Below are positions 45,188 through 54,592 of a stretch of DNA of 64,000 nt, in pieces (positions within the stretch are counted from its first letter, which is position 1; every line of letters begins with the position of its first letter). Origin of the DNA: Gemmatimonas sp. (GTDB lineage: Bacteria; Gemmatimonadota; Gemmatimonadetes; Gemmatimonadales; Gemmatimonadaceae); contig JANNVQ010000055.1 in NCBI GenBank assembly GCA_031414535.1, positions 15,592-79,591 on the forward strand. The letters are read 5' to 3'. The translations under genes were made by a program, and so were the position numbers. Under the pieces are notes generated by a model that saw only the letters and a list, made by a program, of their open reading frames with translations, was not told where the DNA came from and searched no databases.

Positions 45188-47941
45188 GTGTCCTCTCTCC
45201 TCACGCCCCAACGCCGCGCGACGCTGATTTTCATCGTCGGCGTCATCCTGCTCCTCGCGATTCCCGCGCTCGCCACCGCCGTCACCGACTGGCTCTGGTT
45301 CCGCGAGATCGGATTCGAGCGCGTGTTCACGCTCAAGATCACCGCACAGTTATTTCTTGGCGGTACTGCCTTCGTACTTGGCTTCACGGCGCTCTACGGT
45401 TCGGCGCGTCTCGCGCTGCGGGGCCTTGAGCGTTCCGCGGAAAGTATTCTCGTGCTGGCTGAGGGCGGTGTGCAGATGCGCACCAAGTTCCTCGTGCGCG
45501 TGGCGCAGGCGCTCACGTTGCCGGCGACATTGTTGCTCTCGTTTTTACTCGCCTCGGGCCTGGCTTCGCGCTGGCGTACGCTGATTCAGTTCTGGTACCG
45601 TACGCCTTTCGGTGATACTGATCCAATCTTCGGGCGCGACATCGCGTACTACGTATTCACCTTGCCGGCGCTGCAAGTGGCATTGGATTGGATTTGGGGA
45701 TTGCTGTTTCTCTCGCTCATCCTTATTTCCATCCCGATCTATGTAGTGCGTGGTGACATCGGTCTGCGGTTGGGCCGCCTGCGCATCGATCAGCAGGCAG
45801 AGTGGCACCTAGCCGTTCTCGCGGCGCTGTGGCTCGTGCTGTCGGCGGTACGTTCCTGGTTGATTGGTATGCCAGGGGTGCTCTTTGGGACGCACGCGCC
45901 ACTCCAGGGTGCCAACTGGACCGACTTGCACGTGCGCCTGCCCGGCATGCAAGTGATGGCCGTGTTGTTGCTCGTTGGCGCGGTTGCGGTTCTGTGGGGT
46001 GCACGTCGCGGGATCTTGGCGCGCATCGCGGTAATTGTCGTGGTGGGAAACTTCCTGCTGACGGCGCTCGTGAACGGTGTGGTGCCAAGCGTGGTGCAGC
46101 GCCTCGTAGTGCAGCCCAACGAACTGGCTAAGGAATCGGCGCAGATCATCCATCACATCGCGGCCACGCGCCGCGCCTGGTCGCTTGACAGTGTGGAGCG
46201 TCGCGAGCTGGACGGCGACCAGCAACTCACGGCAGCAGACATCGCCGCAAACCGCTCGACCATTGATAACGTGCGGCTATGGGATCGCGAGCCGCTGCTA
46301 CAGACCTTCGGGCAGATTCAGTCCATCCGCACCTACTACGACTTCGTGGCGGTGGATGACGATCGCTATCGCGTGAACGGTGAATTGCGCCACGTGTTGC
46401 TCTCAGCGCGCGAACTCGATCCCGCGGCTTTGCCCACGCGCACCTTCGTGAATGAGCATCTGACCTTCACGCACGGTATGGGCCTTACGCTCAGCGCGTC
46501 GAACGAGGTCACGCCGGAAGGACTGCCGGTCTTGTGGATGAAGGATCTCCCGCCGACATCAACGATGACGCAGCAGGCTCGCGTGCCGCAGATCTACTTC
46601 GGCGAGTTGGCGCGCACCTGGGTGATGGCGCCGTCGCGGCAGCGCGAGTTCGATTTTCCATCCGCCGAGGGTGATGCCGCGGAGTATTCGACCTACACCG
46701 GCAAGGCCGGCGTGGCGCTCAATGCGTATTGGCGTCGCTTGGCCTTCGCCATCCGCTTCGGAAGCATCAACATCTTGCTGTCATCCGATCTCACCGACAG
46801 CACGCGCATCATCTTCAATCAGCAGGTGCGGACGCGGGCTCAACTCGCGCTGCCCTTCCTGACCTTTGACGGCGATCCATACCTCGTTGTCAGCGACAGT
46901 GGTCGCATGATCTGGATGCTCGACGCGTACACGGCCACAGACCGCTATCCGTACTCGGCGCGCACGGGCGAAGGCATCAACTACCTGCGTAACAGCGTGA
47001 AGGTGACCATTGACGCCTATGATGGTGACCTGAAGGCGTACTTGGCGGATCCGACAGATCCAATGATCAACACGCTGAGCCGCATTTATCCGGGCCTGCT
47101 ACGTCCGCTCGCCGAGATGCCGGAAGACCTGCGGGCGCACATGCGCTATCCGGAGGACCTCTTCCGCGCGCAGACGGGGCTCTACGCCACGTTTCATATG
47201 ACGGATCCCGAGACGTTCTACCACCGCGAGGACCAGTGGCAGATTCCTGAAGCGCAGCAGGGTGCGGTACGTAGCGGCTATGCGCGGCACATCGTGATGC
47301 GCCTGCCTGGGGAGAAGGGGGCGGAGTACCTGATGATGCGCCCCTTCACGCCGCGGCAGAAGGACAATCTCGCGGCCTGGATGGTGGCTCGAAACGACGG
47401 GGAGCACTACGGCAAACTGATTGCGTACCGCTTCCCGCGGCAAAGCTTGGTGTTTGGCCCGACGCAGATTGCGAACCGCATTAATCAAGACACCGAGGTG
47501 TCGCAGCAGGTGTCACTGTGGGACCAGGGTGGCTCGGAAGTGATTCGGGGCGAACTCTTGGTTATTCCGATTGAAGCGTCGCTGCTGTACGTGCAGCCGC
47601 TCTACTTGCGCGCGCAAGGCGGCAAGATTCCTGAGCTCAAGCGCGTGATCGTGGCGCACGAGGGGCGGGTGGTGATGGAAGAGACCTTCGAGCAGGGGTT
47701 GGAGGCTTTGTTTGGCGATGGTGCGGCCTCAAGCGCTCGTGGTGCCACGCGCCCGGCGCAGCGTACCGACTCCACCGCCACGCCGACGTCGCGCGCGGCC
47801 GATGCGGCCCGTGACGCACTCGTGCAGCAGGCCGTACAACTCTACGAGCGCGCCAAGACGGCCCAGCGCGCCGATGATTGGGCGGCGTACGGGGACGCGA
47901 TGCAGCGACTGGGTGAAGTGCTGCGGAGATTGCGGCAGTAA
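45188..47941 (+). CDS. UPF0182 family membrane protein
   Basis: TDWLWFREIGF, DPIFGRDIAYYVF.LP, NVRLWD, QIQSIRTYYDF..VDDDRY, NYLRNSVKVTIDAYDG, LLYVQPLYL...IPELKRVIV. Confidence 0.94.
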   Translation: MSSLLTPQRRATLIFIVGVILLLAIPALATAVTDWLWFREIGFERVFTLKITAQLFLGGTAFVLGFTALYGSARLALRGLERSAESILVLAEGGVQMRTKFLVRVAQALTLPATLLLSFLLASGLASRWRTLIQFWYRTPFGDTDPIFGRDIAYYVFTLPALQVALDWIWGLLFLSLILISIPIYVVRGDIGLRLGRLRIDQQAEWHLAVLAALWLVLSAVRSWLIGMPGVLFGTHAPLQGANWTDLHVRLPGMQVMAVLLLVGAVAVLWGARRGILARIAVIVVVGNFLLTALVNGVVPSVVQRLVVQPNELAKESAQIIHHIAATRRAWSLDSVERRELDGDQQLTAADIAANRSTIDNVRLWDREPLLQTFGQIQSIRTYYDFVAVDDDRYRVNGELRHVLLSARELDPAALPTRTFVNEHLTFTHGMGLTLSASNEVTPEGLPVLWMKDLPPTSTMTQQARVPQIYFGELARTWVMAPSRQREFDFPSAEGDAAEYSTYTGKAGVALNAYWRRLAFAIRFGSINILLSSDLTDSTRIIFNQQVRTRAQLALPFLTFDGDPYLVVSDSGRMIWMLDAYTATDRYPYSARTGEGINYLRNSVKVTIDAYDGDLKAYLADPTDPMINTLSRIYPGLLRPLAEMPEDLRAHMRYPEDLFRAQTGLYATFHMTDPETFYHREDQWQIPEAQQGAVRSGYARHIVMRLPGEKGAEYLMMRPFTPRQKDNLAAWMVARNDGEHYGKLIAYRFPRQSLVFGPTQIANRINQDTEVSQQVSLWDQGGSEVIRGELLVIPIEASLLYVQPLYLRAQGGKIPELKRVIVAHEGRVVMEETFEQGLEALFGDGAASSARGATRPAQRTDSTATPTSRAADAARDALVQQAVQLYERAKTAQRADDWAAYGDAMQRLGEVLRRLRQ

Positions 47942-47959
47942 TCGGCCACCGAAGGCGGC

Positions 47960-48046
47960 AACTGCTGATTCACCACGGAGACACGGAGGCCCGGAGACTG
48001 CTTGAGTAGTCTCCGGGCCTCCGCGCCTCTGTGGTGAAATGCAGGT
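47960..48046. repeat. Short hairpin variant of family 1 (copy E)
   Basis: AACTGCTGATT-CACCACGGAGACACGGAGGCCCGGAGACT 47960-47999 pairs with 48008-48036, followed by AAATGCAGGT; lies between convergent genes. Confidence 0.85.
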
Positions 48047-48061
48047 GTAGTTACTAATGCA

Positions 48062-51000
48062 CTAGCGTCGCCCCGGAGTCCACGGCGCGCCCTGCGCCTC
48101 GGCTTCACGTTCGAGCCGTGCCATATCGGTGGCGATGAAGGCGTCGAGCGCGGCCTTGATGGACGGGAACAGGTTCGCCACGATCACTAGCTGATCCTGC
48201 TGGGTCTTGGTTGGCACACCTAGCGATTCGCCGAAGCTTGCGGCGCGCTGCATGCGGCCAACAAGGGACGTGGCGACGGGCTCGGAGTAACGGCCCGGCG
48301 TGTTGTCGCCGTTCAACTGCTCGCGGATTCCGCGCAGCTTCACGATGGCCGCCCGCACGTCGGCGTCCAAAGTGGTTTGGCGCGTGATACGCTGCACGGC
48401 CTGCTGCAGGGCATCGAGACGCGTGCTGGTCTCCACCATGAGGGCATTCATCCCCAGCACCACGCGCTGGATGCTTTGCGCACGTTGCTGGTACTCCAGC
48501 GCCTCCTGACGCTGCGCCACGGTTACCTGTGCACTGGGCAGCAGGCGAACTTCAAACTCTGTTGGCTGGGTGATGGGGCTGCGTGCTCCAGCCACTCGCT
48601 TGAAGAGTTGCACCTTATATGTGCCTGGCACGACGTAGGGGCCGTTGCCGCCAAGGGCTCCGCCACCAGCTCCGCCACCAGCTCCGCCACCCTGCTGCGG
48701 GCCGCCCACTGGGGTCACCGCCGGCCAACGCAGATTCCAGGTTACGCGATTGCTGCCCGCGCTGTTGCCGCCGCTGAAGCGCGAAACCACAATGCCGCGA
48801 GCATCCGTAATCTCCACTTCGACGCTCGGTGCCTCCTCATCCTGCTCGGCCTTGAGCGCGTCATAGCCAGGGAAGGGAACGTCAGCCCCAGAACGATTGA
48901 GGCCCTGCTCGCGCTGTTCACGCTGCTGACGCGCCGAGCGATATTGCGCCCGCAGATGGTACGTGAACGTCGCGCCAACGGGTGGGTTGTTGGCAAAGTA
49001 GTGCGAGGCGCCTTGGAAACTCACGCCGTTGCCGCCGAGCGGTGAGTCTTGCATGAAAAGGTAGGCAGCGCGCGAGGGAAGCATGGTCGCTTCCGCGCGT
49101 AGCATCGGTGCGTCGATGGCCCGTAGTCCGGAGTAGTCGTCCAGCACGAAGATGCCGCGGCCAAAGGTGGCGAGCACGAGGTCGTCCATCTCCGGATGAA
49201 TGGCGATGTCGCGGATGGAGATGGGGGGCAGGCCACTCCGCATCGCCTGCCAACGCGCACCATCGTCGAACGAAACGAAGAGACCGAACTCCGTACCCGC
49301 GAAGAGCAGGCCCTTCATCTTCGGATCTTCCTTGACGACGTGCACGCTGCCGCGTGCCGGAAGGTTGGCCGTGATGCTGGTCCAGCTGCGGCCACGATCA
49401 TTGGAGCGTAGCAGGTAAGGCTTGAAGTCACCGCGCTGGTAGTTGATGACGCTGGCGTACACGACGTTGGCATCGTGCGCCGAGGGCAGAAGGGTCGCGA
49501 TGTAGCTGGTGTCTGGAACGCCGGGCAAGGCATCAATGCGCCGCCAGTTGGCACCGCCATCTTCGGTGACGTGAATCAGGCCATCGTCAGTGCCAGCGTA
49601 GATCAAGCCTTCGCTGAGCGGTGATTCGCCGACCGCCGAGAGATTACCGTAGAACGCGGTGGATGTGTTGCGCGAGACGGCGTCTACGCTCCAGAGGCGT
49701 CCCTGCATCTTGAGCTCAGGACGCGAGAGGTTGCGCGTGAGATCAGGCGAGATGGCCGTCCAGGAATCGCCGCGATCGTTGCTGCGCCACAGACGCTGCG
49801 AGCCGAGGTAGAGTCGCGTGCGGTTGTGCGACGAGATGAGCAGCGGCGAATCCCAGTTGAAGCGCGAGGCCGGCTCACCGGGCGCCGTCTGCGGCACGAT
49901 GCCTACGCCCTCGCCCGTACGCCGATCAAAGCGCACAAGGCCGCCGTTCTGCGACTCCGCATAAATCGTGTTGGGGTCCGCCGGGTCAACGCGGCTCTGG
50001 AATCCGTCACCACCGTTGGTGACGAACCAGTCGGAGTTGCGAATGCCGTTGTCGTTGTTGGTGCGCGTGGGGCCGCAGAAGGAATAGTTATCCTGCGTGC
50101 CGCCGCAGACGAGGTAGAAGGGCAGCTCGCGGCTGACGTCAATCTTATAGAACTGCGCGAGCGGCAGATTCGCGAAGAAATTGTAGTTGGCGCCGCCGTC
50201 AAAACTTTCATAGAGGCCGCCATCGGAGCCGATGAGGATGTGGTCGGTGTCGTCGGCATCCACCCACACGGCGTGATTGTCCACGTGCTTGCCGGACTCG
50301 CCGAGTGCCTCGAAGGTGCGGCCGCCATCGTTGGAGACCATGGTGCGCACGTCCACGGCGTACACGCGCTCAGGATTCACGGGATCAACGGTGATCTCGG
50401 AGTAGTAGAGGCCGATGTTCGCGTACGGACCTTGGCGGCGCCACGAGGCACCGCCATCATCAGAACGGAAGGTGCCGCCTCGAGCACCACCAGCCTCGAC
50501 GATGGCGTAGACGATATTCGGGTGCGAGGCCGAGCGCGCGAGGCCGATGCGACCTTCGCCATTGGGCACCACGCTCACTTGGCGCCAGGTCTTGCCGCCG
50601 TCCGTGGAGCGATGCAGCCCGCTCTCCGGACCACCGGCGAGATAGCCAAAGAAATGACGATGACGTTGCCAGGTTGAGGCCAGCAGCACATCGGGATTAC
50701 GTGGGTCAACGCTGACGTCGTTTACGCCGGCCCAGCGCGTGCCTTTTAGAATGTTGGTCCACGTCTCGCCGCCATCGGTGGACTTATAAAGACCGCGTTC
50801 GCCACCTTCGCTGAACAGCGGGCCCTGCGCGGCCACGTACATGGTCTTTGAATCGCGCGGATCGAACTCAATACGCCCGATGTGCTCGGATTCCTTGAGT
50901 CCCATGTTGCGCCACGTGCGGCCGCCATCTTCTGACTTGTAGATGCCGTTGCCGTAGCTCACGGAGCGCTGGGCGTTATTCTCGCCGGTACCCACCCATA

Positions 51001-51370
51001 CGATGTTGGGGTCGCGTGGGTCGAGTACCACGGTGCCCACCGAGTACACATCCTGCTGGCTATCAAAGATTGGTGCCCAAGTGGTGCCAGCGTTCTCGGT
51101 CTTCCACACGCCGCCCGAGGCGACTCCTACATACCACGTCTTCTTGTTGGGATGCACGGCGATGTCGCCGATGCGCCCCGAATATGTGGCGGGTCCAATC
51201 GCGCGGAAGCGGAAGGCACTGAGCGCTGAGCTAGGAAGTCCACCAGAGTCGGTTTGCGTCGCCGGAGTAGCCGTGCTGCCCGCAGCTCCTGCTGGGCGCG
51301 GAGCGGGACGCTGGGCCGAAAGGGCGAGCGGGAGCGCCAGGAGGAGGGCAAAGCTCGAGAACACGCGCAT
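48062..51370 (-). CDS. Secreted VPS10/sortilin-like BNR (Asp-box) beta-propeller protein
   Basis: Signal peptide; FRAIGPA.YSGRI; at least 10 S/TxDxGxxW Asp-boxes; GGTQDN, GGDGF; C-terminal coiled coil. Confidence 0.9.
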   Translation of the reverse strand: MRVFSSFALLLALPLALSAQRPAPRPAGAAGSTATPATQTDSGGLPSSALSAFRFRAIGPATYSGRIGDIAVHPNKKTWYVGVASGGVWKTENAGTTWAPIFDSQQDVYSVGTVVLDPRDPNIVWVGTGENNAQRSVSYGNGIYKSEDGGRTWRNMGLKESEHIGRIEFDPRDSKTMYVAAQGPLFSEGGERGLYKSTDGGETWTNILKGTRWAGVNDVSVDPRNPDVLLASTWQRHRHFFGYLAGGPESGLHRSTDGGKTWRQVSVVPNGEGRIGLARSASHPNIVYAIVEAGGARGGTFRSDDGGASWRRQGPYANIGLYYSEITVDPVNPERVYAVDVRTMVSNDGGRTFEALGESGKHVDNHAVWVDADDTDHILIGSDGGLYESFDGGANYNFFANLPLAQFYKIDVSRELPFYLVCGGTQDNYSFCGPTRTNNDNGIRNSDWFVTNGGDGFQSRVDPADPNTIYAESQNGGLVRFDRRTGEGVGIVPQTAPGEPASRFNWDSPLLISSHNRTRLYLGSQRLWRSNDRGDSWTAISPDLTRNLSRPELKMQGRLWSVDAVSRNTSTAFYGNLSAVGESPLSEGLIYAGTDDGLIHVTEDGGANWRRIDALPGVPDTSYIATLLPSAHDANVVYASVINYQRGDFKPYLLRSNDRGRSWTSITANLPARGSVHVVKEDPKMKGLLFAGTEFGLFVSFDDGARWQAMRSGLPPISIRDIAIHPEMDDLVLATFGRGIFVLDDYSGLRAIDAPMLRAEATMLPSRAAYLFMQDSPLGGNGVSFQGASHYFANNPPVGATFTYHLRAQYRSARQQREQREQGLNRSGADVPFPGYDALKAEQDEEAPSVEVEITDARGIVVSRFSGGNSAGSNRVTWNLRWPAVTPVGGPQQGGGAGGGAGGGALGGNGPYVVPGTYKVQLFKRVAGARSPITQPTEFEVRLLPSAQVTVAQRQEALEYQQRAQSIQRVVLGMNALMVETSTRLDALQQAVQRITRQTTLDADVRAAIVKLRGIREQLNGDNTPGRYSEPVATSLVGRMQRAASFGESLGVPTKTQQDQLVIVANLFPSIKAALDAFIATDMARLEREAEAQGAPWTPGRR

Positions 51371-51500
51371 ACGAGGCGTTGGGCGGTGGGAAGAGTGACG
51401 GGGCGGAAGTCCGACCTACAGGGATTCTACGCTCTGAGGCAACCCTCCGCTGAGTTGAGCGTGACGGAAGAGCAGAACCCTCGGACAAAAGGACGTATCT

Positions 51501-52436
51501 ATGACACAGAAGCTCGTTCTCATCGCTACCCTGTTTGCCGCTCTCCCCCTTGCCGCGGCACCTGCGCAGGACGTTCGAGTGTTCACCCTCGAACCCAACC
51601 GTATGGAGTTCGTGCGTACCCCGATGGCGAACCGCCCGATGCTCGGCGTGACGCTCATGGATGAGAGCGATCGCGCTGACACGCTTGGCTTGCTGGTATC
51701 GAGCGTGCAGGACCAATCACCGGCCGCCAAGGCGGGCATCAAGGGTGGAGACCGCTTGCAGTCCATCAACGGAGTGTCGCTGCGGGCCGACCGCGCCGAC
51801 GCCGGCGAGAGCGATTACGATGGCGTCTTGCTGCGCCGCCTGCAACGCGAGATGGCCAAGGTGGAAGAAGACGACACCGTGTCGTTGCGGGTCTTCAGCG
51901 AGGGACGCTCGCGCGAGGTGCGCGTCGTCACGGTGTCGCAAGCGGCGATGTATGGGAGCACTCGTGCCGGCACAATGCGTCGCCTGAGCAATGACCGCGC
52001 CGTGATCGGCGTGACCACATCCCCCGTTGGCAACGCGCGCGACACACTCGGCGTCTTCTTGAGCGCCGTGAATGACTCTGGTCCGGCCGCGAAGGCGGGC
52101 ATCGTGGAAGGCGATCGCATTGCCGCCATCAATGGCGTGAGCCTGCGTGTGGCACGCGAAGATGCCGGCGACGCACAGGTGGCGGAGGCGAGAGCCGAGC
52201 GCTTGCGTTCGGAGCTGGCAAAGGTGACGGCCGGCGCGACGGTTGAGCTCACCGTGGTTTCGGCCGGTCGCTCGCGCAACGTGCGCGTGACGACCGTGAA
52301 GGCGAGCGATCTGCCGATGACCGCGCCGTCAGCGTGGGGCTTCGCAATACCGGCTCCCCCAATCCCGCCGATGCCGCCGATTGCTCCAGCGGCACCGCGG
52401 GTACGGACCGTCCTTAGGGACGTACGAGTACTGTGA
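51501..52436 (+). CDS. Secreted protein with two PDZ domains and no protease domain
   Basis: Signal peptide; two copies of LGV..(S/G)PAAKAGI..GDR...INGVSL; Pro-rich tail; AAGGA RBS. Confidence 0.88.
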   Translation: MTQKLVLIATLFAALPLAAAPAQDVRVFTLEPNRMEFVRTPMANRPMLGVTLMDESDRADTLGLLVSSVQDQSPAAKAGIKGGDRLQSINGVSLRADRADAGESDYDGVLLRRLQREMAKVEEDDTVSLRVFSEGRSREVRVVTVSQAAMYGSTRAGTMRRLSNDRAVIGVTTSPVGNARDTLGVFLSAVNDSGPAAKAGIVEGDRIAAINGVSLRVAREDAGDAQVAEARAERLRSELAKVTAGATVELTVVSAGRSRNVRVTTVKASDLPMTAPSAWGFAIPAPPIPPMPPIAPAAPRVRTVLRDVRVL

Positions 52437-52995
52437 GCAACACCTGAGACTGGCTTGGGTCCACTCGAATTCGTGGATTCAGCATCACGCGGACCGCGAC
52501 CTCGCGGTCCGCGTCTGCTTTGATGGAATCCACCACCGTTCTTCCGACGTTGGAGCTGTCGGGGCGTGGCAGGGCCGGGTAGTCGAAGCTCAGCACCACA
52601 GGGGCGAGCTCTCCGCGCGCCCGCGCCACGAGCATCTGCCCCTTCTTCACCTGAACGCGATAGGTACGCGGCAGACGCGCGGCCATCATTACGAGCACGC
52701 TGGCGCGGGGGCACGCCGGGTCGAGCAGGATCTGGGTGTCTGGCAGGTCATTGCGATCCGGCTTTGCACCGGCAAGCTCGGCGATAGTGTCGGGCAGGGT
52801 GGCACAATTCGCGGCCGTGGTGGAATCCGCGGTCGCGACAATGCTGCGTACGGAGTTATCCGCCTTGTTCCCGTCCTCAACGCCGCAGGCCACGGCGAGA
52901 ATCACCGCAGCGAGGGGGAGGAAGAACCGCGCGGCCGAGGACTGAAGTCCTCGGCCGCGCGTCCCAACTGATGAAACTGGTGCAGCAAAAATCAC
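52414..52995 (-). CDS. Hypothetical lipoprotein
   Basis: RFFLPLAAVILAVA-C lipobox. The only plausible upstream start is GTG 52995, which overlaps the SusD-like stop. Start uncertain. Confidence 0.55.
   Translation of the reverse strand: MIFAAPVSSVGTRGRGLQSSAARFFLPLAAVILAVACGVEDGNKADNSVRSIVATADSTTAANCATLPDTIAELAGAKPDRNDLPDTQILLDPACPRASVLVMMAARLPRTYRVQVKKGQMLVARARGELAPVVLSFDYPALPRPDSSNVGRTVVDSIKADADREVAVRVMLNPRIRVDPSQSQVLLTVLVRP
52928..52961 (-). terminator. Terminator-like hairpin after the SusC/SusD pair
   Basis: Perfect 15-bp stem CGCGCGGCCGAGGAC / GTCCTCGGCCGCGCG with a 4-nt loop, followed by GTTCTTCC on the minus strand. Confidence 0.7.
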
Positions 52996-54554
52996 GGAGG
53001 GGTCGGCGAATTCGCGTTGCCCGAACCGCCCCAAGTGTAGAGGGCCTCGTTCTTCACGCCGAGCTCCTTGGCGGGAACGGGCATCTCACGCGGGGTACCG
53101 ACGAGGAGCCCGTTGGCTACGCGACGGCGATTGTAGAAGGTTGACGCGCCCATCGATAGCAACTCGATGTCGTTCTCGTAGTCGAGGCGGGTCAAGAGTA
53201 CCGTCGCACCGTCACCGGCAGCGGTAGCCGAGAGCCCTCCGCGAGTGACGCGGGTGTTGTTAATCAGGGTGGCAGCCAGCGCCAGGTTGGGTGCGGCCTG
53301 ACGAATGAGCGCCTCGGCCCTGATGAGGTCGTTCTGGGCCCGCATCATGAGCGGTACCGGACCGTACGCTGAGTAAATGGAATTCAGCGCCTGGGTGCCG
53401 GACGCGTCCCAACGAATGTGACCGATGGCCGACTGGTGGTAGCGGCCACGCGACTCGAAGAAGGCGTCGTAGCCCGACCACGCGAAGTCAGTGCCGGCGT
53501 TGACTGTCTTGCGGACCGTGCCGTAGTCACCTTCCATGCCTGCGTTGCCGAAGGAGCCATCGCCGAGGCGGCGATCGGCCGAGTTCGGCTGATTGTTGCC
53601 ACCGGGCGCTGCCGGGTACGGAGTAGCCTGCGTGGCCGCGTCGAGCATGTTGGCCACACGGGTGTGCACGCGAATGCCGAAGAGATCGTTGGTCCACGAC
53701 TGCATCTCGGGGCAAACGGCGGCGCAGCCGTCGCCGACGAACACGAAGTCAGCCGTCAGACCATTGGACGCAAAGGTCGCGACATTGGTCCAGTTGACGC
53801 TCGCGTTCTCGGCAGCGGTGCGGGGCCAGTACGCCAGCGTCATCGCGGCGAGGCTGTTGGCCAAGCGAGCGATTTCAACGTTGGTGTACGCGTTACCGCC
53901 CGTCCACGCCGTGGGAATGGTGAAGACGTTTGCGGTCGCAAGGGCTGCCGCACTCTGCAGCTTCACAATTGCAGAGTCACGCAGCGCCCTGCGGTCGATG
54001 TAGGCCAGCGTCGTGAGATTCGTTTCCTCGTCCACGAAGTAGCCCTTGTCGTAATTCAGGGCAATCTGGCCGAGTGCCGCACCGAGCATGAGCTCGGCGA
54101 TGGCTTCGGCGCGCTTGGTGCGGGCTGCGTCGCCGATGACGAGGCCGTTGGTCCGGATGGCCGTCAGTGCGTCACGCGAGGAAGACGCGACGCCATAGTA
54201 GCCCTGCCAGAACCACTCGACGCTCGTGCGGCCGGCGGCGGACGGACTGTTCTGCCACGGACGCGTGTTGCGCGTACCGTCGCCGTCCACCGACGAGTAG
54301 AAGTTCATGTTGAAGTTGTTCCAAGACGCCGTGTGCGCGCGCGCTTGGGTGGTCAGCGCACCGACGGCACCGAGGCCGTTGTACGTGTTGTAGAAGTTGA
54401 TGAGCGTACCGCCCGCGATCGCCTCAATGGCGTCGGGGTCGGTGAGCGCACGCGCCGCGTCTGGCGCGTTGGGGTTCTCAACCTCGAGAGAGTTACACCC
54501 GAGCGCGAACAGCGCGCTCAAGGTGAGGACTCCCTTACGAGTCAGGTTGCGCAT
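52992..54554 (-). CDS. SusD/RagB-like outer-membrane lipoprotein
   Basis: Lipobox LFALG-C then LEVENPNAPD; LIRAEAL..A..LIN.TR; directly downstream of SusC. Start 54554 or 54593. Confidence 0.85.
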   Translation of the reverse strand: MRNLTRKGVLTLSALFALGCNSLEVENPNAPDAARALTDPDAIEAIAGGTLINFYNTYNGLGAVGALTTQARAHTASWNNFNMNFYSSVDGDGTRNTRPWQNSPSAAGRTSVEWFWQGYYGVASSSRDALTAIRTNGLVIGDAARTKRAEAIAELMLGAALGQIALNYDKGYFVDEETNLTTLAYIDRRALRDSAIVKLQSAAALATANVFTIPTAWTGGNAYTNVEIARLANSLAAMTLAYWPRTAAENASVNWTNVATFASNGLTADFVFVGDGCAAVCPEMQSWTNDLFGIRVHTRVANMLDAATQATPYPAAPGGNNQPNSADRRLGDGSFGNAGMEGDYGTVRKTVNAGTDFAWSGYDAFFESRGRYHQSAIGHIRWDASGTQALNSIYSAYGPVPLMMRAQNDLIRAEALIRQAAPNLALAATLINNTRVTRGGLSATAAGDGATVLLTRLDYENDIELLSMGASTFYNRRRVANGLLVGTPREMPVPAKELGVKNEALYTWGGSGNANSPTPP

Positions 54555-54592
54555 GGCGCTGAGACTCCGGAGAGTGTGATGAGTGTTGGTCA

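Noticed and set aside
11378..48046. Family 1 repeats as a CRISPR array
   Set aside because: Copies are inverted pairs scattered kilobases apart, not direct repeats with regular spacers, and there are no cas genes.
48657..48691. 12-bp tandem repeat GCTCCGCCACCA
   Set aside because: It encodes a GGGA linker inside the VPS10-like protein; ordinary low-complexity coding sequence.
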